From Paramoeba atlantica (taxonomy: Eukaryota > Protista > Discosea): 64,000 nt of DNA. Below, in pieces: positions 32,177 to 43,109 of this stretch. The first letter of the stretch is position 1. Each line of letters opens with the position of its first letter. The notes beneath the pieces were generated by a model. It was not told where the DNA came from. It did not search any database and saw only the letters and a list, made by a program, of their open reading frames with translations. A program made the position numbers and the translations under genes. The DNA lies in assembly GCA_977017575.1 (NCBI GenBank), contig CDRNVI010000053.1:248001-312000 (forward strand). Direction: 5' to 3'.

Positions 32177-32617
32177 ATGGCGAGAGAAAAAAGTGTGAGT
32201 AAGCAAAGTATGGATGTCAAAGTGCCCGACACGAGCATCAAAGAGAAGGCCTCGCAGGGTACCGTCAAACCTCACAGTTCGCTACCTTCTCTGAGTTACG
32301 AACACTGGGCGCAGTGTTTGGACTGCTCCGGATGGCAAAGAGTCCATCCGGATGCTACAAAATTACAGACTGCTCGCAGCCGAACTAGACCTGGAAGACC
32401 GTTTCGAAATTCTGCTACATCGTCAGACGCATCCAGTGCATTTCATTCTTCTCAGCCTTTTTACTGTGGCTGTCGAATTCCTTCTGGTAAATTCCACAAC
32501 GCTCCTTGCTATTTCACGTTTTTGCCACACACTACTCCTCCCACGATGGAGCTCTCTTTTCGAAAAGAAATATGGGAAGGAGCTTGCAGAGCTGTGAAAG
32601 AACCACAGGTAAGATAA
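32177..32617 (+). CDS. Small protein with possible CW-type zinc finger
   Basis: HWAQCLDCSGWQRV matches the W-x-Q-C-x2-C-x2-W-R CW signature, with a later FYCGC. An overlapping alternative frame exists at 32352-32597. Confidence 0.35.
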   Translation: MAREKSVSKQSMDVKVPDTSIKEKASQGTVKPHSSLPSLSYEHWAQCLDCSGWQRVHPDATKLQTARSRTRPGRPFRNSATSSDASSAFHSSQPFYCGCRIPSGKFHNAPCYFTFLPHTTPPTMELSFRKEIWEGACRAVKEPQVR

Positions 32618-32786
32618 ACTTGAGAGTAGACTGCAAGTCGTATGCCACTTCGGGTCGAACACGTTGAACCTCAGTAAATTGTTATTGGGAGGGGATTCCC
32701 TTCGAAAATTAATTTACAGGTCTTATATTCGTAATAACTAAATATTTTTCTGCACATTTTATGCTCGTTACACGCATTAGACACGT

Positions 32787-33074
32787 ATGTTTCGTCTTAA
32801 TCCTTCTTTTCTAATGACAAACGTCGCAGTCACAACTGCACACATTCGTGATAAACTAATATCACAGCTTCCTGCGTCCCAGTGTGAAGTGGAGGACACC
32901 TCGAGTGGATGTGGCGCTTTTTATCGCATTACCGTAACCAGTGCGAAATTCAGAGGAATGACGTTAATTCAGCAACACCGCTTGGTGAATGAAATTCTTA
33001 AAAACGAAATCCCAAAACTACATGGTCTTACAATTTCGACGCTTTTACCATCCGAGGAAGCAACTCAGCCGTAA
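32787..33074 (+). CDS. BolA-family protein
   Basis: EVEDTSSGCGAFYRITVTSAKFRGMTLIQQHRLVNEILKNEIPKLHGL (BolA3-like CG motif). Confidence 0.9.
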   Translation: MFRLNPSFLMTNVAVTTAHIRDKLISQLPASQCEVEDTSSGCGAFYRITVTSAKFRGMTLIQQHRLVNEILKNEIPKLHGLTISTLLPSEEATQP

Positions 33075-33315
33075 CATTCATATTTTAGGACAATTGGACG
33101 ACATGGACAATGTATTTCGTCGATCGGTTAAGTACAATTCGGCACCTTTTACATGCTTAAAGTGCCATTCTTAATGCAAAGTTAATGTATTCACAACATG
33201 GGAAGTAGAGTGTATACTCGATGGAACAGAATTACGAGAATACGATATTTGACTGTGATAGCATTCAACGAATTAATATAGTTATAATAATAGTTATTGT
33301 CTTGATGGTTTTTGC

Positions 33316-35715
33316 ATGACTTCCGGATGGGAATGTGATTTGCAGGATATAACACTATCTGAGACACTTAAAGTCCACGAGATACTTGACAGCTCTCTGC
33401 CACAATCCTCGTCTGATTCCGAGCATGACGGGGAAAAGACGTCACCCCATGTTCCCGCATTGCTTCGAAAAGATGGGCCCCCGGTTCAAAATCTGAGTTC
33501 TAATTACAGCCGTCAAGCAGACCGCGAAAGAAATCCGACAGAAGAAGCAAACGAACTGGATGTAGAACTTGTTGGCGACAAAGAAGAATCATTGCTAATT
33601 TTGAATTTACAACCAATCTTGGAAAGATTGCAAATACATAGCAACGCTCAGCCCACCACTCTAAAGAAAGGCCTAGAAGAGCTTGAAGTATTTAAATGTA
33701 ACCACAGTGCTGAATTTTCGATGATCTTCCGAGAATCAATTCTTAAAGTTTTGAGGAACGTGATTGCTAGTCGCATTCGGTTGACGAGTTGGGGCACTGT
33801 AGAGATTAGTAATTTTGAGAATGCAGCTGAGGAATCAAACTTGATCCTATCGTTTTCGAATTTGTATGGCAATTTAAAATCTGAGGCTCGCCCTAATGAT
33901 TCTTTTAGGGATGACCCATTGACCCTGATATTGGCTCATTCCCTTTGTGCCATATTAGCAAAATTATTAGAAAAAGAACTAGAAACGCCACTGGAATATT
34001 TTTCTATGTGCTCCAGAATAATGCAAGAGCATTTTCAGCTTTTGGAATTGCTATTTACCCCTGCAGCCTGCCACGATTTGTCTATAGGTGTTATAGATAA
34101 CACGATTTCTGAGCTGTCCAGTAACATTAACCATAAACTAATTTTGTGGACCGATTGCATGTCACGGGGTAAAAATGATACCAAACAACAACATACAAAT
34201 AGTGAAGGCACACGTGAAACAACTTTTGAGCAACTCGATACGGCAAAAACTATTTTTTCCACCTATGCATCAGCTGTTTTTACCTTTGAAGAGCACCTTT
34301 TTCCGCACCTGGATTTGCAAGTACGTCCCATCCAATGCTTGACGAGAAGCGGTGAACTTAAACAATGGTGGATTGAATCTCAACGTGACACACTGCAATT
34401 ACTCTGCTCTTCCGTTGCGAAGGATTTATGTCCAGTATTTTACGTCTCAAGAAATCATAACTTGATTGGATATTTCTTCGATGGTACAGATGCATCTGTT
34501 CTAGATAATGCTACAGCTATCACGAGTTGCATTAACTATTCTTTGTTTTACGCTACGCAATCCGTAAATCAATTCGAAGGTGCTGTTGCTTATTTTTCAG
34601 AACAAGAGCTGGAATTGGTTTGGGCATCCACGTTCGACACTGTTTTACGTCCGCTATTTGCGATTGGTGAAAACGTACTTGAAGGTGCAGAGCGTTTTGT
34701 CGATCAACTTGAGCAGGGCGGCAAGCTGTACGAAAAATTGAATGCGTACGTCGCCAAGAATATACGTCCCACAAAATCCAAGGAACACGAGATAATGGAA
34801 ACGAAGTCGTCAATGATGCCAAGGAAAGTGCACAGTCAGACAGAAAGTTCTCGTCAGCAAACTCGCACGAAAAGCTCACAAGTAGTTAACGAACTCATCG
34901 ACCGATCGCATAGCGCACTGCACACCGCTTCAGCGTCACTGAGCGCGGCAACATCCTTGTTCAAGAAATCGGCTGGTCTTGCTCTTGTTGAAAGGCGCGA
35001 AGAACCGGAAACAAATATTAATGCAGTGAGTAGTGTGTATAAAAATGATGAAACGCGAGAAATGCAAGACAAGGTAAAGCAATTTGAAAGAACATTTGTT
35101 CCGGATCACATAGAATTCTGGGTTGCCCTTCTGGTTGATCTTTTGAATGCAACTAATGCTGCAATCAGTCAGATTCAAGGAGTGCAGGATCGTGCGCCAT
35201 TTAGCTTGCTCTCAGAGGCTTCGCAAGTATGCGAAGAGACGTCTATACGACTGGAGAAACTTTTATTTTTGGCGGAAACGAGACTGACTCGACTCATTAC
35301 ATTTGCACCTGTGGCATACACCCTTCGACCTTTGCATTGTGTAGTCTCAATGTTAGATGTTACGTGTGAGCCACACGGTTCACGAGTACAGGTGCAAACC
35401 TGCGATCTGAGTTCTCGACTATGTACGAAACTCGACCAGTCCATTGCTTATGCCCTCGTAGAACGCCGCCACGCAAACTTCGACGATTATGGGACATGCC
35501 TACAAAACCTGTCCTCAGATTTTACACGCCTTCCTCGTTGCGGCTTGGTCCATTATTTACTCACTAAGAAGAATCAAGTGCCCATGAAAAAGCATGAGAA
35601 TTTTATTGCAGAAAATTATTTTATTACGCACTTACTTATGGCCAATCCGGATATCGATGCAGAGGAGGTGAGACGGTTCATAAAAAATGTAAGCGAACAA
35701 CATGTGCCACCTTAA
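33316..35715 (+). CDS. Hypothetical helical protein (799 aa)
   Basis: Long ORF in the gene row. The C-terminus is weakly reminiscent of CATCHR tether subunits, but it is not assignable. Confidence 0.65.
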   Translation: MTSGWECDLQDITLSETLKVHEILDSSLPQSSSDSEHDGEKTSPHVPALLRKDGPPVQNLSSNYSRQADRERNPTEEANELDVELVGDKEESLLILNLQPILERLQIHSNAQPTTLKKGLEELEVFKCNHSAEFSMIFRESILKVLRNVIASRIRLTSWGTVEISNFENAAEESNLILSFSNLYGNLKSEARPNDSFRDDPLTLILAHSLCAILAKLLEKELETPLEYFSMCSRIMQEHFQLLELLFTPAACHDLSIGVIDNTISELSSNINHKLILWTDCMSRGKNDTKQQHTNSEGTRETTFEQLDTAKTIFSTYASAVFTFEEHLFPHLDLQVRPIQCLTRSGELKQWWIESQRDTLQLLCSSVAKDLCPVFYVSRNHNLIGYFFDGTDASVLDNATAITSCINYSLFYATQSVNQFEGAVAYFSEQELELVWASTFDTVLRPLFAIGENVLEGAERFVDQLEQGGKLYEKLNAYVAKNIRPTKSKEHEIMETKSSMMPRKVHSQTESSRQQTRTKSSQVVNELIDRSHSALHTASASLSAATSLFKKSAGLALVERREEPETNINAVSSVYKNDETREMQDKVKQFERTFVPDHIEFWVALLVDLLNATNAAISQIQGVQDRAPFSLLSEASQVCEETSIRLEKLLFLAETRLTRLITFAPVAYTLRPLHCVVSMLDVTCEPHGSRVQVQTCDLSSRLCTKLDQSIAYALVERRHANFDDYGTCLQNLSSDFTRLPRCGLVHYLLTKKNQVPMKKHENFIAENYFITHLLMANPDIDAEEVRRFIKNVSEQHVPP

Positions 35716-35732
35716 ACTGCTTTTTTCATGGG

Positions 35733-35775
35733 GCTAAAATATTTATAGTACAGACTGTACTATAAATATTTTAGC
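35733..35775. repeat. Perfect palindrome, 21-bp arms, 1-nt spacer
   Basis: GCTAAAATATTTATAGTACAG-a-CTGTACTATAAATATTTTAGC. Confidence 0.9.
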
Positions 35776-35938
35776 TCACACTAGAATACACTTAGAATAC
35801 ACCACTTAGAATACACACTGTAACAGTGTGTATTCATACATCATATTCGAAAACGGGAGCTTTAGGCTCCCAAAGTATATTTAATTTCTGCATCTCGAAA
35901 ATCTGTTAAATTCTACAGTAGTGGTAAAGATTTCTGCG

Positions 35939-36799
35939 ATGTTTATCCACCTTAGCGATGTCCAAGAGCCACCGCTGAAGCGACTAAAACAAAGTGACAA
36001 CGCCGTGTTACATGAAGGGGATGCCTTAGTATCTTCTCCCGTGCACCATTCCCCTAAAGCGCTGGGCGCCAAGTTAAAACAAGAATACGAGCTCGCACGT
36101 TTCGTCCAGAATATATCAAAATTGCATTCGTCCTGGAACACAGCGACACCTGCGTGTGACTGGAAAGGGATAACGTGCAATAATCAAACGGAAGTCACGA
36201 GAATCGATTGGAGTCTTTTGCTTGAGGGCTATGTGGATTGGAACCTTCTGCCACGAACAGTGGTGAGATTCGATGGGTATGGAAACGACAAGCTGACTGG
36301 GACTTTACCTCTCGATTCTCTGCCGTCACAATTCGATTATTTGATGCTGTACGATTGCGCGTTTCAGGGTATATTGGACCTGTCTCGCATGCCGGCTTCC
36401 ATGACATCTCTGGGCGTAGGCAAAAATCAGTTTCACGGAACGCTCGACTTGACGGTCTTTCCGGCGGGCATGCAAGTGTTCACTGCACCTGAGAACCAAT
36501 TCACAGGTGAGATTGATCTGAGCCAGTTGCCCTCCAAAATGATGAGCATTGCATTAAGCCGAAATGGCTTCACAGGTACTCCAGATTTGGAACATTTGCC
36601 ACCAAAAATGGAAATGGTTTGTCTGGATTACAATGAATTTAGTGGAAAAAGTTATTTGAATTCGCTCCCTGAAAGTATGTGGATGCTTGATTTGGATTGT
36701 AATTACAATTTGACGGTCGAATATGACGATTCCAAGTTCCGAGATGAAATAACTTTGGCGTCTCATGGTGTCAAATTTATTGTTCATGAAGATGAATAA
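35939..36799 (+). CDS. Leucine-rich repeat protein
   Basis: QEYEL.RF, SWNTATPACDWKGITC cap, then about 6 LRRs. Confidence 0.9.
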   Translation: MFIHLSDVQEPPLKRLKQSDNAVLHEGDALVSSPVHHSPKALGAKLKQEYELARFVQNISKLHSSWNTATPACDWKGITCNNQTEVTRIDWSLLLEGYVDWNLLPRTVVRFDGYGNDKLTGTLPLDSLPSQFDYLMLYDCAFQGILDLSRMPASMTSLGVGKNQFHGTLDLTVFPAGMQVFTAPENQFTGEIDLSQLPSKMMSIALSRNGFTGTPDLEHLPPKMEMVCLDYNEFSGKSYLNSLPESMWMLDLDCNYNLTVEYDDSKFRDEITLASHGVKFIVHEDE

Positions 36800-37270
36800 G
36801 CATTTTTTTGATCCGCAAATTTATAGACAGTGATAAAGTGAGTAAACCGCCAGCTACGTTTCACGTTCTACACTATAGGCAGGCACTTCAAAAGCAAGGA
36901 AGAGAAATAAAGAATAGAAGACGAGATAATACGAATAAAATACCAAAAAAATCATTGTATGTATTAATCTTCTTCCGAAATTTGAATATCACTTAAAAGA
37001 ACCATATCTTTATATTGTATCTATCAATTAAGTTTGAAATGACTCTGGACATACATGTATCTTCTAATAGTGCATGTTTAATAATGCATTCTTTATGACG
37101 GATAAAGAAGAATGTGTAAATAAATCACATCTAAAACAATACGGCCAATTACCGCATGATGTATGCTGAATAACATGCTGGACAACACACTATTAATTTT
37201 TAAAGCTCGCTATCCAACTTCACCCACATGAAGAAAACGCACTATTTATTTCTCCTCCTTTTCTCTTACC

Positions 37271-38614
37271 ATGAATGTGGATTCCGTTCAGGAGAACATC
37301 TCTCAAAACCCATCGCCCGATTCATCCCCTGACGCAACCGATACCGATACCCAGTTCCTGGACGAAATCCGCACCCTCACCCTTCCCGCCATCCAACAAC
37401 GCACCCGCCTTATCGAAAACGAGACCTACATCCTACGACAATCTGAAAAACAACTCAAAGACGAACTTAAACGCATGAAAGAGCAGCTCCGTCTGAACAA
37501 AGAAAAACTCAAACTCAACAACCAACTCCCCTACCTTGTGGCGAACATTATTGAAATCCTTGACCCTGAGGTCGCCGCCTCGGGGGACTCCGAGGAGGAG
37601 TCCGGGGCGCATCTCGATCTCGATGCCACCCGCACGGGCCCCACGGCCGTGATTAAAACCTCCACACGTCAAACCATCTACCTCCCGGTGCTGGGCCTCG
37701 TCCCCGCCTCCTCTCTCGCCCCCGGGGATCTTGTCGGGGTCAACCGGGACTCCTATCTTATCCTCGACACGCTGCCCCCGGACTACGATCCCCGAGCGAA
37801 AGCAATGGAGCTTGAGGATCAAACCCGCAACCCGTTAAAAGAGAAATACGAAGACCTTGGCGGGCTGGAGAAACAAACACGGGAACTCGTGGAGGCCGTG
37901 GTGTGGCCCATGACGAAAAAGGAAAAATATAAAACCATTGGGGTAACCCCCCCGAAAGGGGTGCTGATGTATGGACCCCCGGGGACGGGAAAGACGATGC
38001 TCGCGAAGGCATGTGCCGCCCAGTGTGGGTGCTCGTTTTTAAAACTTGCCGGGCCCCAGTTGGTGCAGATGTATATTGGGGATGGCGCGAAGATAATCCG
38101 GGATGCGTTTGCGTTGGCAAGGAAAAAAGCCCCCGCGATTGTGTTTATTGATGAGTTGGATGCGATTGGGACGCGCAGGGGGGAGGGGGATAAACATGGG
38201 GAGAGGGAGGTGCAGCGGACGATGCTGGAGCTGCTGTCGCAGTTGGATGGGTTTGCGTCCTCCGATGAGGTCAAGGTGATTGCTGCCACGAACCGGATCG
38301 ATGTGCTGGACCCCGCGTTGCTTCGAAGTGGAAGGCTGGACCGGAAAGTGGAGTTTCCGATGCCGGATGAACCAGCCCGGGAGCAGATCTTGCGTATCCA
38401 TGCGCGTCGCATGAATACTCACCCTGATGTAAATTTCGAGGAGCTTGCACGCAGTACGGAGGATATGAATGGGGCACAACTAAAGGCGGTGTGCGTAGAG
38501 TCCGGGATGTTGGCGTTACGTCGCGAAGGTGTTACAATTCATCACGAGGACTTTATTGAAGGTATCGGTGCTGTATATTCTCGAAAAAAGAGTGATCTGA
38601 ACTATTACGCGTAA
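37271..38614 (+). CDS. RPT5: 26S proteasome regulatory ATPase RPT5 (PSMC3)
   Basis: [21 protein letters not shown], Walker A GPPGTGKT, Walker [12 protein letters not shown], and the C-terminal LNYYA HbYX tail. Confidence 0.97.
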   Translation: MNVDSVQENISQNPSPDSSPDATDTDTQFLDEIRTLTLPAIQQRTRLIENETYILRQSEKQLKDELKRMKEQLRLNKEKLKLNNQLPYLVANIIEILDPEVAASGDSEEESGAHLDLDATRTGPTAVIKTSTRQTIYLPVLGLVPASSLAPGDLVGVNRDSYLILDTLPPDYDPRAKAMELEDQTRNPLKEKYEDLGGLEKQTRELVEAVVWPMTKKEKYKTIGVTPPKGVLMYGPPGTGKTMLAKACAAQCGCSFLKLAGPQLVQMYIGDGAKIIRDAFALARKKAPAIVFIDELDAIGTRRGEGDKHGEREVQRTMLELLSQLDGFASSDEVKVIAATNRIDVLDPALLRSGRLDRKVEFPMPDEPAREQILRIHARRMNTHPDVNFEELARSTEDMNGAQLKAVCVESGMLALRREGVTIHHEDFIEGIGAVYSRKKSDLNYYA

Positions 38615-39454
38615 ATCAACGACATACTTTGCAATGCGATACTGTTTAGCAATAGAAGCGGAAACATGTTCTGGAAAAGGTGGGTGTTCTTTCCTTCTCA
38701 TTGCATGCGAAGATTAAAGTCTTCCATAATTTTCAATGGCGATATCGACATAGATACATGTAGATCACTTTCGGTAAAGGACAAAGGGATAAATACATTT
38801 TTTTGCATGTAAGATTCCAACAACAAAGAGTATAGTACCTTGCTGATTGATACATTGTACTTCAAGATTTTGCTCCGTGATATAACGATACGGAAGATAG
38901 AAATCTAGGTCCGATAAAAAAACTGAGATATGTAAACTTTGCTTTTATGACATTCCGATAAGTGTGTCCGGACAAGCTAGTACAGGAAGCCATTAAGGGC
39001 GATGATATGTCTGTCACCTTTAATGTCCCATCGAATTATCTTCGCAGCAGTGCCTGCGCTGTATATTGTTACTGCAGCTCATTTTTTTCGTGATCGAAGC
39101 ATTTTGCTGATAGCATGCACTATGACAGGACTTCTGGGTTGGGTTTTACTACTGTTACATGATACTGGTTTGACCTGTATCCTACTCCGCGCTACTAATC
39201 CCGACTACAACAACTCGGCTACGTTAAGCGAGAAGCAATAAACTTCAACTAGATTAATCAGCATTCCCGATCGAAGATGCGCCTAGCACATCCGCCCTAG
39301 CTGGTTGACTTGAAACAAGAAAAAACTTCTGTTGCACCTCGTACTCCCCGTTTCAATACACATCATACTCACATACCACAATAATTTGTACGAAGGAACA
39401 TACAATGACTTCGATCGTACAACTTGTACAAAGTAAAAAGGTTGTCATATTGAC

Positions 39455-39479
39455 ATCTCCCTCAATAATTGAGGGAGAT
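39455..39479. repeat. Perfect palindrome, 12-bp arms, 1-nt spacer, next to a CTCCCTCC MITE-like end
   Basis: ATCTCCCTCAAT-a-ATTGAGGGAGAT, followed by TA|CTCCCTCCCTATCCTGT. Confidence 0.75.
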
Positions 39480-39713
39480 ACTACTCCCTCCCTATCCTGT
39501 ATCAATAAAATTTGGCCCAAAATTTGGCCCGACAAAACATTTACCGGAAAATGTTTTTTCGCAAAGAATCAAAGACAACACCATAAATTGATAGTTTTCT
39601 CCAATGGGAAACATTAAAAACACTGAAATGGTTGATTTGATATGCACAACTTTCTCAAACAAGACAAATTCCACAGGAGCTGTGGTATTCGCTCATTTTC
39701 GTATTTTTATTCA

Positions 39714-40310
39714 ATGTTCTGTCGTATTATGCGAGTTTCTAATAAAGACGTAGGCTACACTTCTACACGATTAGGACGTGTCAGCGCTTCATTGCCACAG
39801 GAATATAAACTTTTGAAGTTCATCGAAAACGTATCTAATCGGCATACATCGTGGGATGCTGATATTCCGGCTTGCGAGTGGGATGGAGTAATCTGTAATG
39901 AAGAAGGCAAAGTTGTGAAAATTGATTGGTCATTGCGTAACTTAGGAGGCACACTTGAATGGAAACACCTACCCGATACGCTTCTTGAAATAAGAATGCA
40001 TTCAAACAAACTCTTTGGGAGTATTGTGTTAGAAGATTTACCACCCGGTCTTGAGTATCTCAGTGTAGGCACCAATTGCTTCACCGGATGCGTTAATCTT
40101 CAAGCTATGCCAAAGACGATGAAAAAGCTTTTAATTGGTAACAATGAGCTTGGAGGCTCCGTTAGCTTTTGTCACCTGCCAGATAAATTATTCTTTTTAT
40201 ATTTAGCGGACAATGCAAATCTTTCCGGTACTCTGACGCCTTCAGAATTGTCTTCAAGGCTAAAGAAGTCTGTGTATACGACCCGCACCAAAATAACAAA
40301 GCATCCTTAG
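39714..40310 (+). CDS. Leucine-rich repeat protein (ORF open from 39642)
   Basis: KDV.YTSTRLGRV..LPQEYKLL leader, ACEWDGVIC cap, then about 4 LRRs. Confidence 0.9.
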   Translation: MFCRIMRVSNKDVGYTSTRLGRVSASLPQEYKLLKFIENVSNRHTSWDADIPACEWDGVICNEEGKVVKIDWSLRNLGGTLEWKHLPDTLLEIRMHSNKLFGSIVLEDLPPGLEYLSVGTNCFTGCVNLQAMPKTMKKLLIGNNELGGSVSFCHLPDKLFFLYLADNANLSGTLTPSELSSRLKKSVYTTRTKITKHP

Positions 40311-40580
40311 TACAATAATCTTACCAATGAAAACGGTATCGTGCTTTTGATTCCACCCAAAGATTCTTTACACGGCAATTTAGGCTTATTCACTTTTTAT
40401 CTTCCTGTACCTTTTTACATCCTCGACTTGTATTAGTTTGCTTGATTGGTAACACGTTTTCTCACTTTCCGAGTCTTTGGCAGCGCCAGCTCCAATATGA
40501 TTCCACCTAAATTGTTCTCTATTAGGGCTTAAATACTTGCAGCATATCTCTCCACCATTCTTTCACGATTCTCTTTTGGG

Positions 40581-41171
40581 ATGCTCTGTCATTTTTTTAA
40601 TGTTCTTAACAAAGACGTAAGCCACACTGCTACACGATTAGGACGCGTCAGCGCCGCACTGCCACAGGAATATAAACTCTTACAGTTCATTGAACACGTA
40701 TCTAACCGACATGCCTCGTGGGAGACTGATACCCCGGCTTGTGAGTGGCATGGAGTAACCTGTACTGAAGAAGGCAAAGTTGTGAAAATTAATTGGGCAA
40801 TGTACCAGTTAGAAGGCACGCTAGAATGGAAGTACCTACCCGATACGCTCCTTGAATTGCACATGGAATCGAACAATCTCTTTGGGAGTATTGTGTTAGA
40901 AGATTTGCCACCCCATCTCGAGTATCTCAGCCTAGGCACCAATTACTTCACCGGGGGTGTTAATCTTCAAGCTATGCCAAAGACAATGAAAGACCTTTTA
41001 ATTGGTAACAATGAGCTTTCCGGTTCCGTTAGCTTTTGTAATCTTCCAGATAATCTAAGTTTTCTATATTTAGCAGACAACAGAGAACTTTCGGGTACTC
41101 TGTTGCTCTCAAATTTGCCTACAAAGCTAGAAAAAGTCTATATAAATCGTACCAAAATTTTAGTAGACTAA
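40581..41171 (+). CDS. Leucine-rich repeat protein
   Basis: Close paralog of the LRR genes at 39714, 43110 and 44412. Confidence 0.9.
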   Translation: MLCHFFNVLNKDVSHTATRLGRVSAALPQEYKLLQFIEHVSNRHASWETDTPACEWHGVTCTEEGKVVKINWAMYQLEGTLEWKYLPDTLLELHMESNNLFGSIVLEDLPPHLEYLSLGTNYFTGGVNLQAMPKTMKDLLIGNNELSGSVSFCNLPDNLSFLYLADNRELSGTLLLSNLPTKLEKVYINRTKILVD

Positions 41172-41469
41172 AACTTCCAGTTCCATAGGGAGTTTGTAGG
41201 CCAGTGACATTAAATCCCCTTCTTCAACTTTCTTCAACTCTTGGAATTTAACAAAAAAAAGAAAAATTCTTAAACATACATGTATTATGTGGTCCAGAAT
41301 CTCGAACCAAAATTGTAGGGTTAAGGGAGACATCACCGAATGTCAGAGACGCCATTTCACTCAACATACCTCAACATCACCTACCTCTTTCCCCACGCTT
41401 CATCCTATACATAACTAACTCTTTATCACTAACTCTTTATCCCCACCACACACAACCCCCCCCCCCGAA

Positions 41470-42678
41470 ATGCCCACCCCCCACAAGAAGAAACGCGCCT
41501 TCCCCCGAGGCACCGGCACGCGCTACGTTGTACGCTCCCGTCCCTGTGAGGACCTGATCCACATGGACGCGGGGGAGCACCCAACAAGTGAGACCACACT
41601 GGTCCCGGTTACCCCGCACGGGTCTTCGTCCCATCCCCTGCTCTCTTCGAATACCCCTCCCCCGCTCTCCTCCCTCAGCGGGATCCACTTCGGGGAGGGC
41701 TCGGACCCGCTCGCGGAGGCGCTGTTCGCGGAGGACGGGGACTCATGCAACGGGAGTGAGCTCGGCACGGTGCAGGGGGATGAGATCGACCAGGCCTACC
41801 TGCAGCAGCTCATGGCCCCGGATCCGGATTACCAATACACCACGGCGTTTGATGCGCTCCCGGCACGGAGGCAGGCCCGGGAGCGGGATGTGCTGGAGGG
41901 GCCGTTTGCGTACGCGATGCGGGAGATGGAGGGGGCGGGGGGGTTGGGGGGGAGTGGTGCCGGGGGCTTGGGGGGACCGCCAAGGTGGGATCCGATGAGC
42001 CGTGAACCTGGCGTAGAGGGCTCGGAATGGTCCCTTCTGGGGGCGTTCCCGAAGAAGGCGGATAGGATCTATCAGGATTATGTGGAGAATAAGAAGGAAC
42101 TTGCGGAGGTGACGAAGGAATATCTGCGACGGCAACATGATCTGCTTGACCAGGACGCGATTGCGATTGAACAACCGATTAAGGAGACTGAGGTGTACGA
42201 CGTGATACCGGTGAGGGGGAAGAATGAGAACTGGGACTGTGAGACCATTCTTACGACTTACAGCACTACATGCAACCGACCAGCGGTAATTGTCCCTGAG
42301 CGCCAGATGCGTCCCACGCGCCGAACGCGGGTTCGTCCACCCAATCAAACTATCCCGACTCCCCTTTCCACCCAAGATGAGGTTCGAGAAAAAAGGGCCG
42401 CGAGCAGAGCTCCGCTATCCGCTTTTCGTGATTTTTCGCAACTTCCGGAGGATACATCATTAGAAGCAGAATTGGCCAATGATTCAACGCTATCTATCCC
42501 TTCCGAAGTTCCCGTTCGTGATCCAAACGAGAGTGCGGCGGAGAAAAAAGAAAGAAGAAAAATGGTGAAGGAAATACAAGCGCAACGGCGACAAATGAAA
42601 CGTAAGGTTACCTTACTTTATCGTGCTGAAGGGATTCGACAGAGACAAACTCAGAAACAAAATTCAATGTTACTATAA
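41470..42678 (+). CDS. LTV1: LTV1 (pre-40S assembly factor)
   Basis: N-terminal KKKRAF...RYVVRSR, ENWDCETILTTYSTTCNRP (LTV1 WDCESILSTYSN motif), and basic C-terminal EKKERRKMVKE. Confidence 0.85.
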   Translation: MPTPHKKKRAFPRGTGTRYVVRSRPCEDLIHMDAGEHPTSETTLVPVTPHGSSSHPLLSSNTPPPLSSLSGIHFGEGSDPLAEALFAEDGDSCNGSELGTVQGDEIDQAYLQQLMAPDPDYQYTTAFDALPARRQARERDVLEGPFAYAMREMEGAGGLGGSGAGGLGGPPRWDPMSREPGVEGSEWSLLGAFPKKADRIYQDYVENKKELAEVTKEYLRRQHDLLDQDAIAIEQPIKETEVYDVIPVRGKNENWDCETILTTYSTTCNRPAVIVPERQMRPTRRTRVRPPNQTIPTPLSTQDEVREKRAASRAPLSAFRDFSQLPEDTSLEAELANDSTLSIPSEVPVRDPNESAAEKKERRKMVKEIQAQRRQMKRKVTLLYRAEGIRQRQTQKQNSMLL

Positions 42679-42869
42679 AAGGGAACCGCATATGGACGAA
42701 ACAGAATTTAAGATAGATAAATACACAACATGAGATACGCCTGCGGTCCATGAAACGTACACCTCATTTGCTACCCAAGGAATCGCACTTCTAGACCATA
42801 TTTTACGGGATTTCACTCAGTTTTTTAATCCGAAAGTCCCGTATAGTTTTTTTATCCTCCAGTAAAATA

Positions 42870-42960
42870 CTATTCCCCCCTGTCCTAGCGTTGCCTCGGT
42901 ACCCCCCTCGTAGCGTTGCTTTTTCCCAAAACCAGGCAACGCCAGGATAGGGGGGGATAG
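42870..42960. mobile_element. Mini-MITE (91 bp), TA-flanked
   Basis: 27-bp TIRs CTATTCCCCCCTGTCCTAGCGTTGCCT and CTATCCCCCCCTATCCTGGCGTTGCCT (3 mismatches). TA lies at 42868-69 and 42961-62. Confidence 0.75.
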
Positions 42961-43109
42961 TATACACTAAATGATCATTTTTTACCTGGAATGATGATAT
43001 TGAGGACGACTAAAATTTTGAGTATTTCTTCTCAACGTGACGATCTAGTATTTCAAGATCTCCAGCTGCGGCGTATGCCGTTTCACCACGGTTTTTTATT
43101 TTAAATTCA

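Noticed and set aside
39002-39241. Small hydrophobic ORF (79 aa)
   Set aside because: No recognisable motif. It could be real, but the sequence alone cannot support it.
2813-42678. Functional linkage of bystin/Enp1 and LTV1 (binding partners) in one window
   Set aside because: They are 37 kb apart with many unrelated genes between them, and kinetoplastid polycistrons are not functionally organised.
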